Assembly: GCF_006345805.1 (NCBI RefSeq)
Contig: NC_043012.1
Location: 43,338,001-43,402,000, forward strand
Length of the DNA stretch: 64,000 bases
Direction: 5' to 3'
Origin: Octopus sinensis
Taxonomy: Eukaryota
Below, piece after piece: positions 52,205-64,000 of this stretch (positions are counted from its first letter, which is position 1; every line of letters starts with the position of its first letter). Made by a program: the position numbers and the translations under genes. A model generated the notes under the pieces. The model saw only the letters and a program-made list of their open reading frames with translations, ran no database searches and had not been told where the DNA came from.

Positions 52205-52210
<6 letters not shown>
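51534..52210 (+). mobile_element. Penelope-type pseudo-LTR structure (450-bp tandem plus inverted 5' segment)
   Basis: 51601-51760 repeats at 52051-52210; 51534-51598 is the reverse complement of 51767-51831 (1 mismatch in 65). Confidence 0.8.
51989..52083 (+). ncRNA. Type I hammerhead motif with long stem II hairpin
   Basis: UUUA CUGACGA A GCGU-[19-bp hairpin]-ACGC A GAAAC GAUGCAUC GU C UAAA; stem III is the 12-nt palindrome ACGAUGCAUCGU; A.A mismatch at 10.1/11.1. Confidence 0.75.
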
Positions 52211-52252
<42 letters not shown>

Positions 52253-52757
52253 ATATACTTTTTACTTGTTTTAGTCATGAGACTGCTGCAATGCTGGCGC
52301 ACCACTTTGAAAAGTTCCGAGTCATATCGATCGACCTTACTACTAATTCTTTAAAACCTGGGGTCTATTCTATCGCTTTCTTTTGTCGAACCGCTAAGTT
52401 ACTTGGACATAAACACACCAACACCAGTTGTCAAGTAGGGATAAACGCAGAAACAAAGGCACACACACATACATACATACACATACATATATATGTATAT
52501 TTTGGGGGGAGTGTATACTTTACTGTTATTATTTCGTGCGGAGCCGGATAAATTATCCTGTACCAGGGACAGGTTAAATATCATCAACGCAACTATGAAT
52601 CTTTGCCAAACTGAAAGTGATTTTAACTATACTCTATTTCCTGCTTGGTCAATAATACTATAACCTAAACGTAATTTTTGAAGCCTGGTACTTACCCTAT
52701 CGGTATCTTTTGTAGAACTACTAGGCTACGAGGACGAAAACAAATAACACTCACACA

Positions 52758-52826
<69 letters not shown>

Positions 52827-52924
52827 GGGAAAGTTTACGAAAATAAACAAAAGACGAAGGCAGGTGGTTTACAAAACAAACAGATGTATATATATGTATA
52901 TGTATATATATGTATGTATATATG

Positions 52925-52960
<36 letters not shown>

Positions 52961-54089
52961 TGTATGTGTGTATATATATATGTGTGTGTGTGTGTATGTG
53001 TGTGAGGGTTTTCTTTCGGTTTCTGGTTACCGAATCTACTCACAAGACTTTGATCGGCCGGAGGCTATAGTAGAAGGTACTTGCCCAAGTCGCCACGCAA
53101 TGGGATTGAACCCCGAATCATGTCGGTTGGGATGCAAACGTCTTACAATACAGTAACGTCTTATATTTTTTACTAACATAATAGCAAACAACGAACTCAC
53201 TAAATACCCATTTAAAGGATTCTTTAAAAATAATTTTGTTATATATTTTTCATATATTGTGTTTATATACGTGTGTTTTGTTTAACTTAATTTTTGGAGT
53301 GTGTACTTCAGTGTTATTATTTCGTGCGTCGCCGGATAGATTATCCTGTGCCAAAGAAAGATTAAATATCATCAACGTCACTATGAATCTATGCCAAGCT
53401 GAAAGTGATGTTAACTGCACTTTATTTCCTGTTTGGTCAATGCTACTATAACCAAGACGTAATATTGTCTGTTTGTTTTGCTAACTATTCCTACTGATGT
53501 CATGACTAAAATATTTTTCTCCTCTTATTTGGCTGATTGATTCTAACCGAAATCTATCTTTGTTACCTGAGGGGGGGGGGTCGCTGACCCGAAGACGCCG
53601 CAATAGTTTCCTATAACGTAATGCAAGTATAATACATAAAATGAGTTGTTACTGAAATATATGTAACACGGACTGAACTACTATCGTTCATCCTTTTAAC
53701 CTTTTGTATATGTGCATGTGTCTGTGTGTTTGTGTATGCATATGCACATATGCATTCACACTTATACATATATATAAGAATTCACTTTTATGCAAATGAG
53801 TCTCATCAGGGTAATATCTGTCTAAAAGATAGTCAACAATGTCATGCAAGGACTGCTAAATCATAAAATTAGACTGATTTAAAATATACCTATGTTTACA
53901 AGCGTTAGCGTAAATAATTTAAAACTAAAATGAATATGATATAAACAAAGCAAAACTTTGTGCATAAATGTGTATGTATTTTTCTATATATATATGTGTG
54001 TGTGTGTATGTATGTGTATATATGTGTATATATGTATGTGTAGGTATTTGCGTATGTATCTATATACATTCTCTATGTAGATGTGTGTG

Positions 54090-54140
<51 letters not shown>

Positions 54141-54315
54141 GGCGTAGGAGTTGATGTGTGGTAAGTATCTTGCTTAGAAACCACATGGTTCCAGGTTCAG
54201 TCTCATTCCGTGGTGCCTTGGACAAGTGACTTCTAGTATAGCCTCGGGCCGACCAAAGCCTTGTGAGAGGATTTAGTAGACGGAAACTGAAAGAAGCCCG
54301 TCGTATATGTATGTG

Positions 54316-54348
<33 letters not shown>

Positions 54349-54351
54349 ATA

Positions 54352-54401
<50 letters not shown>

Positions 54402-54590
54402 GTGTATGTGTTTGCTCCCCCAACATCGCTTGACAACCGATGCCGGTGTGTTTATGTCCCCGTTTTCTAGCGGTTCGGTAAAAGAGACCGATAGACTAGG
54501 CTCAGAAAGAATAAGTCCTGGGGTCGATTTGTTCGACTAAAGGTGGTGCTCCAGCATGGCCGCAGTTAAATGACTGAAGCGAATAGAATT
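54141..54590 (+). mobile_element. Full-length family B (CORE-like) SINE with internal (TA)n
   Basis: GGCGTAGGAG..GTGTGGTAAG head, GGTTCAGTC B box, CCTTGGACAAGTGACTTCT core, microsatellite 54305-54400, shared tail. Confidence 0.88.
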
Positions 54591-54863
54591 TTAAGACAAA
54601 ATTAAATGTTTGTGTATGTGCATGTATATATGTATATCTATGTAGGTATGTATATGTATATATGATGTATGTGTATGTATATCTGGACATGTGTATATAT
54701 ATATATATGTAAAGATGTGAGTATGTATATATTTATATATGTGTGTGTGTGTGCATGCATGTATTTATGTATATATGTGTGCATGTGTGTATGTATGTAT
54801 ATGTATGTATATATATATATATATATATTAATATATATATATGTATATGTGCTCATGTTTCTA

Positions 54864-54919
<56 letters not shown>

Positions 54920-56218
54920 GTATGTATATATATATGTGTGTGTATATATATTTAAATAAATGGATAAATAACTCAATGAATGTATGAACAAAAATATATT
55001 TCCTTGTGATATTTACCCAAACCTTATAATGTGACAACATTCTTTAGCGTAATTGTAGTTGAGGTCAAATGATTTGTAAGCTTTTTATTGAAACTCAATG
55101 GTTTGTAGCTTTACATTAGTTTATTAATGAGGATATTTATAATATTTCAGTGGATTAATAACTAAATCTAGTATTAAGTACCATAATACATTTGTCTTAT
55201 GTGTAATTTATATCACTACATTCGTAGTTAAATTTAAGACACGTTTTTATTATGCTATCATCTTTATATAAAATGATTATTAGTACATAAATTAAATTTA
55301 ATAATGATAATATATAAATAATTTTATAAAAGGCCCTATCGTGATTAAAATCATTTCTATTGTAAGTACGTATTTCCGGTTATTTTTCCGTAAGCAATGA
55401 ATGTATTAGTATAAACACTGATCTTCAGTGGTATTTTCCTCTAATAAACTAAGTTAATTTGTGTCTTTTTCTTTGTTATTTACTGAGAATAATGTTCAGA
55501 TTAGTACGCACAAATAGATTAGAATAATTCTTAAATATAATAATATATCTTCTGGAATAATTATGCATATATGAATATTTCTTGTAGACCCTATAATATT
55601 TGGTATATATCATCATCTTATGTTCTTTCGAACTTATATGCACATAAAAATTATAGAATAATAAAACTATTGGCTTACTCTAATACATTTCCTTCCGTAA
55701 AACTAAGTAAAATTCTGATACGTTATTTATTTTTTTATCATTATCATCTTTATGTAAGAAATAGTATAGTTTATAATAATCGTAACTTTATTCATTTGTT
55801 TAACATCGGCGTATTTAGTAGAAACTTTTGAATTAATGAATCGTCGATTAAATTTTTTTTTTTCCATTTTAACGAATTTAGTGTCTGAATCAAATATATC
55901 CTTTATTTTTTCGTTATAGTATATGGAAATTTTAATTCTTAACATATATTAATTTTATTATATAATAAAAATGGGCAGTGATTATTTTAGATTAAAATAT
56001 CTTTAGATTAATATTATTAAAGGTGCATAAGAACAGTTTACGACCGCTATAATTGTTTTGATTTCGTCTATTTGAATTTTGGTTTTGTTTATATTATATT
56101 TCTTATATTTTAAAATAATAAACGCTCACGCTTGTAAACGTAGGTATATTTTAAATCTGTCTATTTTATGATTTAGCAGTCTTTGCATGAAATTTTTGTC
56201 TATTTTTTAGACAAATAT

Positions 56219-56299
56219 TACCCCGACGAGACTCATATACATAAATGTGAATTTTTATAAATTCACTAGTGAATATGAATCGAAACAAATTGTAGGGTA
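56219..56299 (+). ncRNA. Decayed type I hammerhead motif
   Basis: UACC CCGACGA GACUCAUAU-[GUGAAUUU-uuau-AAAUUCAC]-AUAUGAAUC GAAAC AAAUU GU A GGGUA. The homologous 5' half at 53776-53814 (minus) has canonical CUGAUGA. Confidence 0.55.
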
Positions 56300-56499
56300 T
56301 ATATTTGTTTAACTAATTGTTATATTATATCTTTTTATATTATACTGATAATACATTTTTAATATGTCAATTGTATTTCTCTATTTTCTGTAATATATAT
56401 ATTGAAAGTATACCATTTTAAGTTCAGATTTTTTCTCTACTATATTGTGGTATTTAACTGAAGAACCAGTGTAAATTGGATGCTTTCCATAGCTTAGAA

Positions 56500-57780
56500 A
56501 GAAACTGTTTTTTTCCTTGGATTGATTAATAATTATATGCATATATATTTCTCTGTCATGTTGAAAACAGCGTTCGAAGGTGTTAAAAAAGGCGTAGTTC
56601 GAGTACAGAACTGGTGGTGGCTTGTTCAACCAACAGCGCTTCAAAGCAAAACCTAAGACTTTGGTGCAAGCAATTCGAGATCTACTCTTCGCAGACAAAG
56701 GTGCGCTTGTAGTATACACTCTCAAGGATATGCAATGGATTCTGAACAACTTCTCATGTGCATCGAAGGCTTTTGGTCTGACTATCAGCATCAAGAAAAT
56801 TCAGCTTGTCCATCAGCCCATTCGTAACCATCTTCTCGCTTTTGCCCCTACTGTATATGTTGATGGGAAAACGTTAAAAACTTTTCCCTCCTTCACTTAT
56901 CTTGGTTCCATTGTGTCCAATGATGGATAAAGAAATTGAGTCCAGAATCGGGAAGGCTAGCTCCACTTTCGTTAAAATTTATCATTGGCTTTGGAACATC
57001 CATAACGTATCATTGAAGGGGAAAGTCAAATGTATATAGATCAGTAGTCTTGACAACATTGCTTTTTGGTGCTGAATCGTGTATTCTGTAGCGAAAGCTC
57101 ATCAACCAGCTTGACGCTTTTCATATGCGATGCTGCGTACTATTTTCAACATAAAACCGAGTGACAATATTGATAACAGTGAGGTACTAACAAAATGCAA
57201 CATATCAGGTACTGAAGCCCTCCTCATAAAATATAGCTTAAATGGACAGGCCATCTCTCACATATGGCTGATACCAGAAATCCTAAGCAATTTCTCTTTC
57301 GCCAAATTTTAACAAGATCAGTTGGAAGGCCACTCTTGCGCTTCAAAGACAAATTAAAAGATAATCTGAAGCGATGCAACATTCCCTTTTCTTCCTGGGA
57401 AAACAAAGCATCCGAATACAGGACATGGCACCAGTCCTGCTTCTCCTCAGTTCAATGATTTGAGCACAGTCAGCTCCAGCATCGGGACCAACTTCGTTAA
57501 AATATGAAGGCGCATTGGCAAACGCTACTCCTATAAATGGAAACCTTACCTGTCATTTTGGTTTTTCGGCACGAAGCAAAGCAGGCTTTGCCGTCCATTT
57601 GAGAAAACACGTAGTAAATGATCTACAAGCATTCAAGTAAATTGAGTCCTCAACTTGTTCGATTTGTCAAAAGGTTTGCAAGGCACCAGCAGGCCTCAAG
57701 GGACACATTTGTGTCCTTAGAACATGATTAACGCTTTATTTTACTGAACCCTTATTTCTCGGTCACGATAAGAGAATCCG
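56500..57780 (+). mobile_element. 5'-truncated RTE (BovB-like) LINE, decayed
   Basis: IRDLLFADKGAL, FGLTISIKK, FTYLGS, RSVGRPLLRFKDKLK, C-terminal CSICQKVCK. Confidence 0.88.
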
Positions 57781-57817
57781 TTATATATATATATATAATA
57801 TATATATATATATTATA

Positions 57818-57884
<67 letters not shown>

Positions 57885-58477
57885 ATAATATTACTATATT
57901 ACTACGGGTATATATATAATATTTATGATGAATGTCGTCTGAAGTGGCATGTTTTAATATTAGGAAAAAATGGATAGAAGTAAATGCTTTCAGAATGAAG
58001 TACTTTTGTAACATTTCTTTAACATTATATAATTAAAGAATTTTTAATATGTATTTCTGCGAGAGATCAAACAAGAGAACAACAAAAATAGCAGGTATAT
58101 CAGATTAAAGCAGAAAATCAATAACGTATCATACTTTATATGGATATCTCGAATCGTATATGTATATGAATACTAGTTTTTCAATGTTTTGATTGAAGCG
58201 AATTTGTCTTAATACCACCGTTACCTATGAATGATCAAATACACCGCACTAATACAGAATTATAATTTAGAATATCAGAGTTAAAACATTAAGTATAAGA
58301 TGCTGTCATTTATGGGTGAGTCAGGTAGTATTTAAAAACAAAAACTTGAATCTAAATGAAAGAAATAAGAAGAGATTCTTTTTTTAGTAAAAGGACTACC
58401 AAACCATGAACGATACGTACACATACATACACACGCACATTTATGTACATGTATATATAGGTATAAATATGTATGTG

Positions 58478-58569
<92 letters not shown>

Positions 58570-59288
58570 TATATATATTATATATATATATATTATATAT
58601 ATATATATATATTATATATATATATTCATATGCGATGCTTGCGTACTATCTTCAACATAAAACCGGGTGACAAATTAAATGCAAATATAAATTACATTTC
58701 TTATCTAATAAGTTTAGCTAATTTTTGCGTATATATAAAATCCTATTTTATATTACTAATTTGTAGTAGATATAATTTATTGTAGTATTAGTGTATAAAT
58801 TAGCATGATATTAAATGTTGTATATTACATTATTTGGATACGTTTAAACTTGGATGTATCTTAAATAAATAAATATATAAATTTATGAATATCTATTAAT
58901 TATATTAATATAAATTAATTTAACTAAATTATATATATTTTAAGTATTTTAGTATTGATTATTTGGATTTTAAAATTTTCCTGTAAATAGTGAATTATAG
59001 TTTTACATTTTATTCTCTTATTCTAGAAGCTTAAACATCTTTCGTCATCTTCATTAATATAATACATACTTCTATGTATTTATTCTATTTATTTCACGAG
59101 TTAAATTTCTTATAAACTCTAAGTCCCACGTTTTTACGTTTAAAATTCAGTTAAGATATTTTCTAAGATAAGTCATGAATTTCTTTTTAAAACAATATTG
59201 TTGAATTTTGTTTCATTTTTATTGTAAAAATATTGATTCCCATATTATTATTTGTTAAATTTTAGTTACGATACGTAAATTTATTTAC

Positions 59289-59341
<53 letters not shown>

Positions 59342-60093
59342 GTTGTTGTTGTTGTTATTATCTTATGAACTATAATCTTAACGTATTACAAATAATTTAC
59401 ATTATGAAATAGTTTTGTAAGACAAAAGTAAATATTTTTAATAATAATAGAAACTTTAGTTAATTCTATAAATGAGTGAAATATTAATTCTATGCATAAA
59501 TTGAATTAATTATGTAATAAGTTTAACTAATTTGTGTGTATATATTTGAACCAATTTTCTATTTTTAATTCTTGTAGTTATTATTATGTATATAAGTTAG
59601 AATGAAGTTTTTTAGTATATATTACATAATTAGAATAAGATTATACTTAGATGTTTATTAAATAAATGCATAAATAAATAATTTAATGGATATAGATTAA
59701 ATTATGGTAATTTAGCTTCACTTAATCTATATTATGTATTTTAAACATTTTGTTTTAATTACTTGTACTTTAATTTTTCAGTAATGATATACTATAGTTT
59801 GTTATTTTCTTCTATAAGCTAAAATATATTTTCATAGATAAAATAAATATTTCTATCTCTTAATTCTATTTTTATTTACACTACGTTTTTAACGAAATAA
59901 ATTTATTAAGTCCTACGTATTAAGTTTAAAGATTTAGTTAACAGAATATATTCAATAAGTCATGTTTTTATTTTAAGATATATTGTTGAATTTTGTTCGA
60001 TTTTTATTGTAAAATACGTATTTTTATATATATTTATCTTTTCTTATAAGATAATATACGTACATTTATTTAATTATTCTATTGTTTTTATCT

Positions 60094-60178
60094 TAGACCT
60101 AATGAGTGACTATATTTAAATTGAATTGATTTTATTGTTATCAACTTGAAAATATAGCCACGAAACACGTGTAGTCTA
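60094..60178 (+). ncRNA. Decayed type I hammerhead motif (G5A)
   Basis: UAGAC CUAAUGA GUGACUAUAUUU...AAAUAUAGCCAC GAAAC ACGU GU A GUCUA: stem I 5 bp, stem II 11 of 12, palindromic ACACGUGU. Confidence 0.6.
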
Positions 60179-60789
60179 TTTTCTAATAATGTACAATGTA
60201 CTATTTATTTATTATTTAGTACTTTATTTAGTTCTAGGTAAATGTTTTATCGTATCTTTAATTTTTTTCTATATGGTATGATTTAAGTATATCATTGTTG
60301 AATTGCTTCGTGGTGGTTCTTCTATAATTTATATACATGTATTATATATACATATATATATTTTATAAATAGTTTACATTTTATAAATGTGTGTGTGTTT
60401 GTATAATTATACATGTTAATTGCTTGTACCAGTTGGCAGGGATATATGTCTTTATTATGTAAATTGGTCTAGCCTGTCCTTACTGTTAAACTTAGAGGGA
60501 TTTAAGCAATGTGTTCGTGTATAGCTAATGAGTTGGAAGTGGTACTGATGAACGAGAATTAATTACTGAAATATGCATATGCACTTATTACCTATTTTTT
60601 CTATCTTCGATCGCTTTGTTTACATAGTCGTATTCGTATAAGATACATCGTAACTTTTAGTGCTGGATCTGTATTCAATGCAAAATCTATACACACACAT
60701 ATACACACGCACACACACATACACATACGCGCGCGCACATATATATATATATATATCGTGTAATGTATTAATGTGAAGTTAAATATATG

Positions 60790-61613
60790 TCCGGCCATAG
60801 AGTGACTAATGGTTTCGCATCCATTAAGCGCTTAATGGCCGAGGGCATATAACTTCTCTTCGAAATGGAGGTAGAAAACTGTTACGGTCAGTTAATTTGT
60901 AAACCAGAGAATATATACTGTTTGAGCCTTAAACAGGACGAATTATCTCCCTCAGACTGGTCCTGTTGGCAGATCATATGGACCTAAAGGGCGATAAGTT
61001 CCGGACTGGAAGTACGAGGAATCTCAGCCTGCAGCAGGTAGCGCTTGAAATGAGAGCAGGGATATAGATTTCGTGTCTTGAGTTGAAGAGAGATTTCGGG
61101 TCCATCGAAACTTTAAACATATTTGCCCGCTCTGTTATGCAAAGCTTTCATTTATATAGGATCTCGGTTGCTCTATGAACCGCCATTTTATTTCGCATGG
61201 AGTTTCTTCATCCTTAATGCGCCACACGTGACTGACCAAGGACGTAGTGTAACGTCTCTCCGGAACCCTAAGAGAGACCTGTTGGTGTACAGGTACCGCT
61301 TAAAAGCAGTTCCGGCTGAACCGATATATCTCCGAATTGTTGCCACTGCTGTTGCCGGAGCTGTCATTGGTGCTGTTATTACCGAGCGTGGGTCTGGCGA
61401 TATCACTATAGTTGTCGCTGCAGTAGTAATTTCCAGTCGTAGTGTTGGTGGTGTTGCCGCTGTTGCCGATTGTGTTGTATTTGCCGTCGGTGTTGCTGGA
61501 GTTGGTGTGATCGTCTTCGGCCGTTGTGTTGGTGCTGTGCCGCGGTCGTTGCTGTCGGTGCTGATATTTCTGTCACTTAATGCGTTGCCGCTGCTGCTGC
61601 CTCCAGCATTGCC
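60790..61613 (-). mobile_element. Penelope-like element 3' end (GIY-YIG C-terminus plus 3' repeat)
   Basis: RRYIGSAGTAFK, SHVWRIKD...IKWRFIEQ, LFNSRHEI, CSHFKRYLL. Confidence 0.65.
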
Positions 61614-62132
61614 GTATTGAAAGATTGGAAAGTTCAGAGCCCTGGCTGAAATATCATCGAGAAAATGTGCGCAGAACTAAGAGAAGAGTTCGTCAGAAGA
61701 ATCCACGCAGTCTTGAAGGGTTTGGGGGAGCTCAGTCACAAAGAACAACATCTTATACTTGTGAAGATGGTGAAGGATTTGTACGCAACTCTTGCTAGGC
61801 ACATTGAAGCAATTATCCAAGCTAAGGGAAGCCACACGAAATATCAACAAGGTACAGTAACTTCTTGAAATGAACATTATGTAATAAATTTTCATCATAT
61901 ACATTTTTCTGTTTTAAAACACTGTATCTTGATTGGTTCACGTGAGGTGGCCGAAAACTTTTGCACGACCAATTTTGGTGGTCGTCTCACATCTTCCCTT
62001 CTCATTCAGAACCCCTACCACAAAATATAATGAGTAGATATGGAAATGACTCCAACAAGGCCAATGTTTCATCTGGTAATTAGCAGAAATTTACAATAGT
62101 TTAATCTGGCCGAAGACTTTTGCACGGTACTG
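61614..62132 (+). mobile_element. Tc1-like transposon 3' fragment with IR/DR-type terminal repeat
   Basis: VLKDWKVQSPG*NIIE. GGCCGAA.ACTTTTGCACG occurs twice (~61948 and ~62108); ends GTACTG|TA. Confidence 0.8.
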
Positions 62133-62138
62133 TATATA

Positions 62139-63425
62139 CCTGGGGTGTTCAATAAGTAATGCCCCTGGCCCACTTCCCATAGGAGTAGAGCAACGAAACT
62201 TGGAACAGTTATTAGTCTTTTTCTACATAGGAACCACCGAGTTACGCATTTCTTCCATCGTTTGATGCAGCTCTGAAGACCGTTTTTGTAGAAGACCCCA
62301 GCTTGGTCCTCCAACCACGACGTAACTTCAGAAATCAAGGCTGCATCATCTGGGAAACGCTTTCCTTTCAAAAATAACTTCATGGCTGGGAAGAGGTGAA
62401 AATCAGAGGGTGCAAGGTCAGGAGAGTAGGGGGATGGGGGATGAGTTCATAGCCGCACGCCTGTGCTTCTGATCTGGCGACACGCGAGTTGTGGATCGGA
62501 GCGTTGTCCTGCAGGAGGAGGATGCCTTTGCTGATCTTGCCCCGCCTCTTGATTTTGATAGCTTCTCTTAATTTCCTCAAAAGTGAAGCATAATAGACTC
62601 CTGTAATTGTGGTACCCTTTGCTAGGAAATCTGTCTTCACTACTCCGTCCTGGTCCCAGAAGATTGTAAGCATGACCTTGCCAGCGGAGGGCTGCACCCT
62701 TGCCTTCTTTGGAGGAGGTGAGTCACGGTGCTTCCACTGCATTGACTGGGCTTTGGTCTCTGGATCATAGTGATGGACCCAGGTTTTATCCTATGCAATC
62801 AGTCTTTTGAAAAATTTTGACTCATCTTCTTGGCACATCTCCAAATTCATCCTCGAGCAATCGACGCGTTCTTGCTTCTGGAAAGGCGTGAGCAGCCTGG
62901 AAATCCATCTGGCAGACACCTTTTGCATATGCAAATGGTCATGAATGATAGTTTCCACAGACCCGGTACTAATCTTGACCTGATGAGCTATTTGGCGAAT
63001 AGTTATGCGTCGATCTTCCAAAATGGCAGCCTCAACTTGACAGACAGATGCATCATCAATGGCAGAAGGGGGCGACCAGGTCTGGGAGCTGTTTCCATAG
63101 AGTTCTGACCATGTTTGAATTCAAAATGCCAGCGTTTTACAAGGTCATATGATGGGGCATCATCACCATAAGTTACTTTCATTTCATCAAAAATCTCCCG
63201 TGGTGTGCGACCTTTCAAATACAAAAACCGGATCACTGCTCGACACTCAACATACTCCATTTCACACTTGACTCAGTTCAAACACCTGTAAATCGGAAAC
63301 CACAATTAGTTCAGAGCTGTAATTTGCTACTTAATCTATAGAGATATAAATAATTGCACATGCAATTTCAGCTAGATCAAACAACTGCAAGTGGGTCAGG
63401 GGCATTACTTATTGAACGCCCCTCG
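62139..63425 (-). mobile_element. Full-length mariner (DD34D) transposon, 1287 bp, frameshifted transposase
   Basis: ~35-bp TIRs (CGAGGGGCGTTCAATAAGTAATGCCCCTG..CCCAC) and TA TSDs. Motifs DETWVHHYDPE-like, GKVMLTIFWD, LLQDNAPIH, YSPDLAPSDFHLF; ORF split into four frames. Confidence 0.95.
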
Positions 63426-63439
63426 TATTTATACATTTG

Positions 63440-63710
63440 AAGGCGCCTGACCCAGTTTGTTAGGGTATTGCACTCACGATGGCAATATCGTGGTTTAGGT
63501 TCCCAGACTGGGCATTGTGTCGTGTTCTTTAGCAAAGCACTACCTTTCACGTTGCTCTGCGATCATTTTGTCATCTGACATGCGGTACACCTATACAGGT
63601 AATGTCGAGTTGGTGGAGAGAATGAACTTACGTGAACACAAAAATTTGATCACTATAAACAAATAATCTGTGTGGTTGTTCGGCCAGACATTACCGAACC
63701 CTCTTTCGTC
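63440..63710 (+). mobile_element. Family C SINE
   Basis: tRNA-like head plus GTGTTCTTTAGCAAAGCACT CORE-like block; homologous to 20750-20975. Confidence 0.6.
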
Positions 63711-64000
63711 GTGTATATATATATATATATTATATATATATATATATAATATATATATATATGTCTTCTTTATTACATAATTTACATTCTTCCTCTGAAG
63801 AAGGAGCTGGTTTCTAACAAAGATACAAACCTTCATCTTTAGAATGTAGATGAGGAAAACAGTGTCACATTTTAAACCTGTGAAAGTCTTGCTTAGTTTT
63901 ACTGTTTTGATTACAGATTGCATTTGTTGTCATTTTCTAAAAATCCAATCATATTCAGACTGACAATTAGGCATTTACTTACAAAATCAAATGCCCCAGT

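Noticed and set aside
52520-53460. Two ~165-bp diverged direct repeats (~790 bp apart) both open in one plus frame ending at the same TAA
   Set aside because: The 19 differences in 138 nt fall 6/6/7 on codon positions 1/2/3, as expected for neutral drift, and the acceptor AG is absent in copy 1.
53565-53600. CTGAGGG...GGGTC-gct-GACCC-GAAG
   Set aside because: Both core halves are altered and there is no stem I or III.

Overview
Eukaryotic, AT- and microsatellite-rich DNA, most likely from an octopus or other cephalopod (inferred from the SINE families and repeat landscape, not proven). The only host coding sequence I can support is two minus-strand exons (9828-9982 and 213-378) that splice in frame into one complete 6-cysteine (group A) SRCR domain. 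The rest is a dense nest of mostly decayed transposable elements: Tc1/mariner (DD37D maT, DD35E Tc1, a full-length DD34D mariner), HERO/R2-like, CR1/L2, RTE, L1/Tx1 and R4/Dong LINEs, several Penelope-like elements (PLEs), a small Helitron and three tRNA-derived SINE families. The main unannotated signal is a high density of type I hammerhead ribozyme (HHR) motifs: about 7 with an intact catalytic core and about 8 variant, decayed or half copies. Several sit in retrozyme-like tandem units or Penelope-type pseudo-LTR structures, and one belongs to a TSD-flanked composite with a tRNA-like head. Also notable are a PLE with an N-terminal Ulp1/C48-like peptidase domain and a non-coding ~555-bp element that targets (AAT)n. 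All family calls come from motif recognition by eye; no database search or folding program was run.
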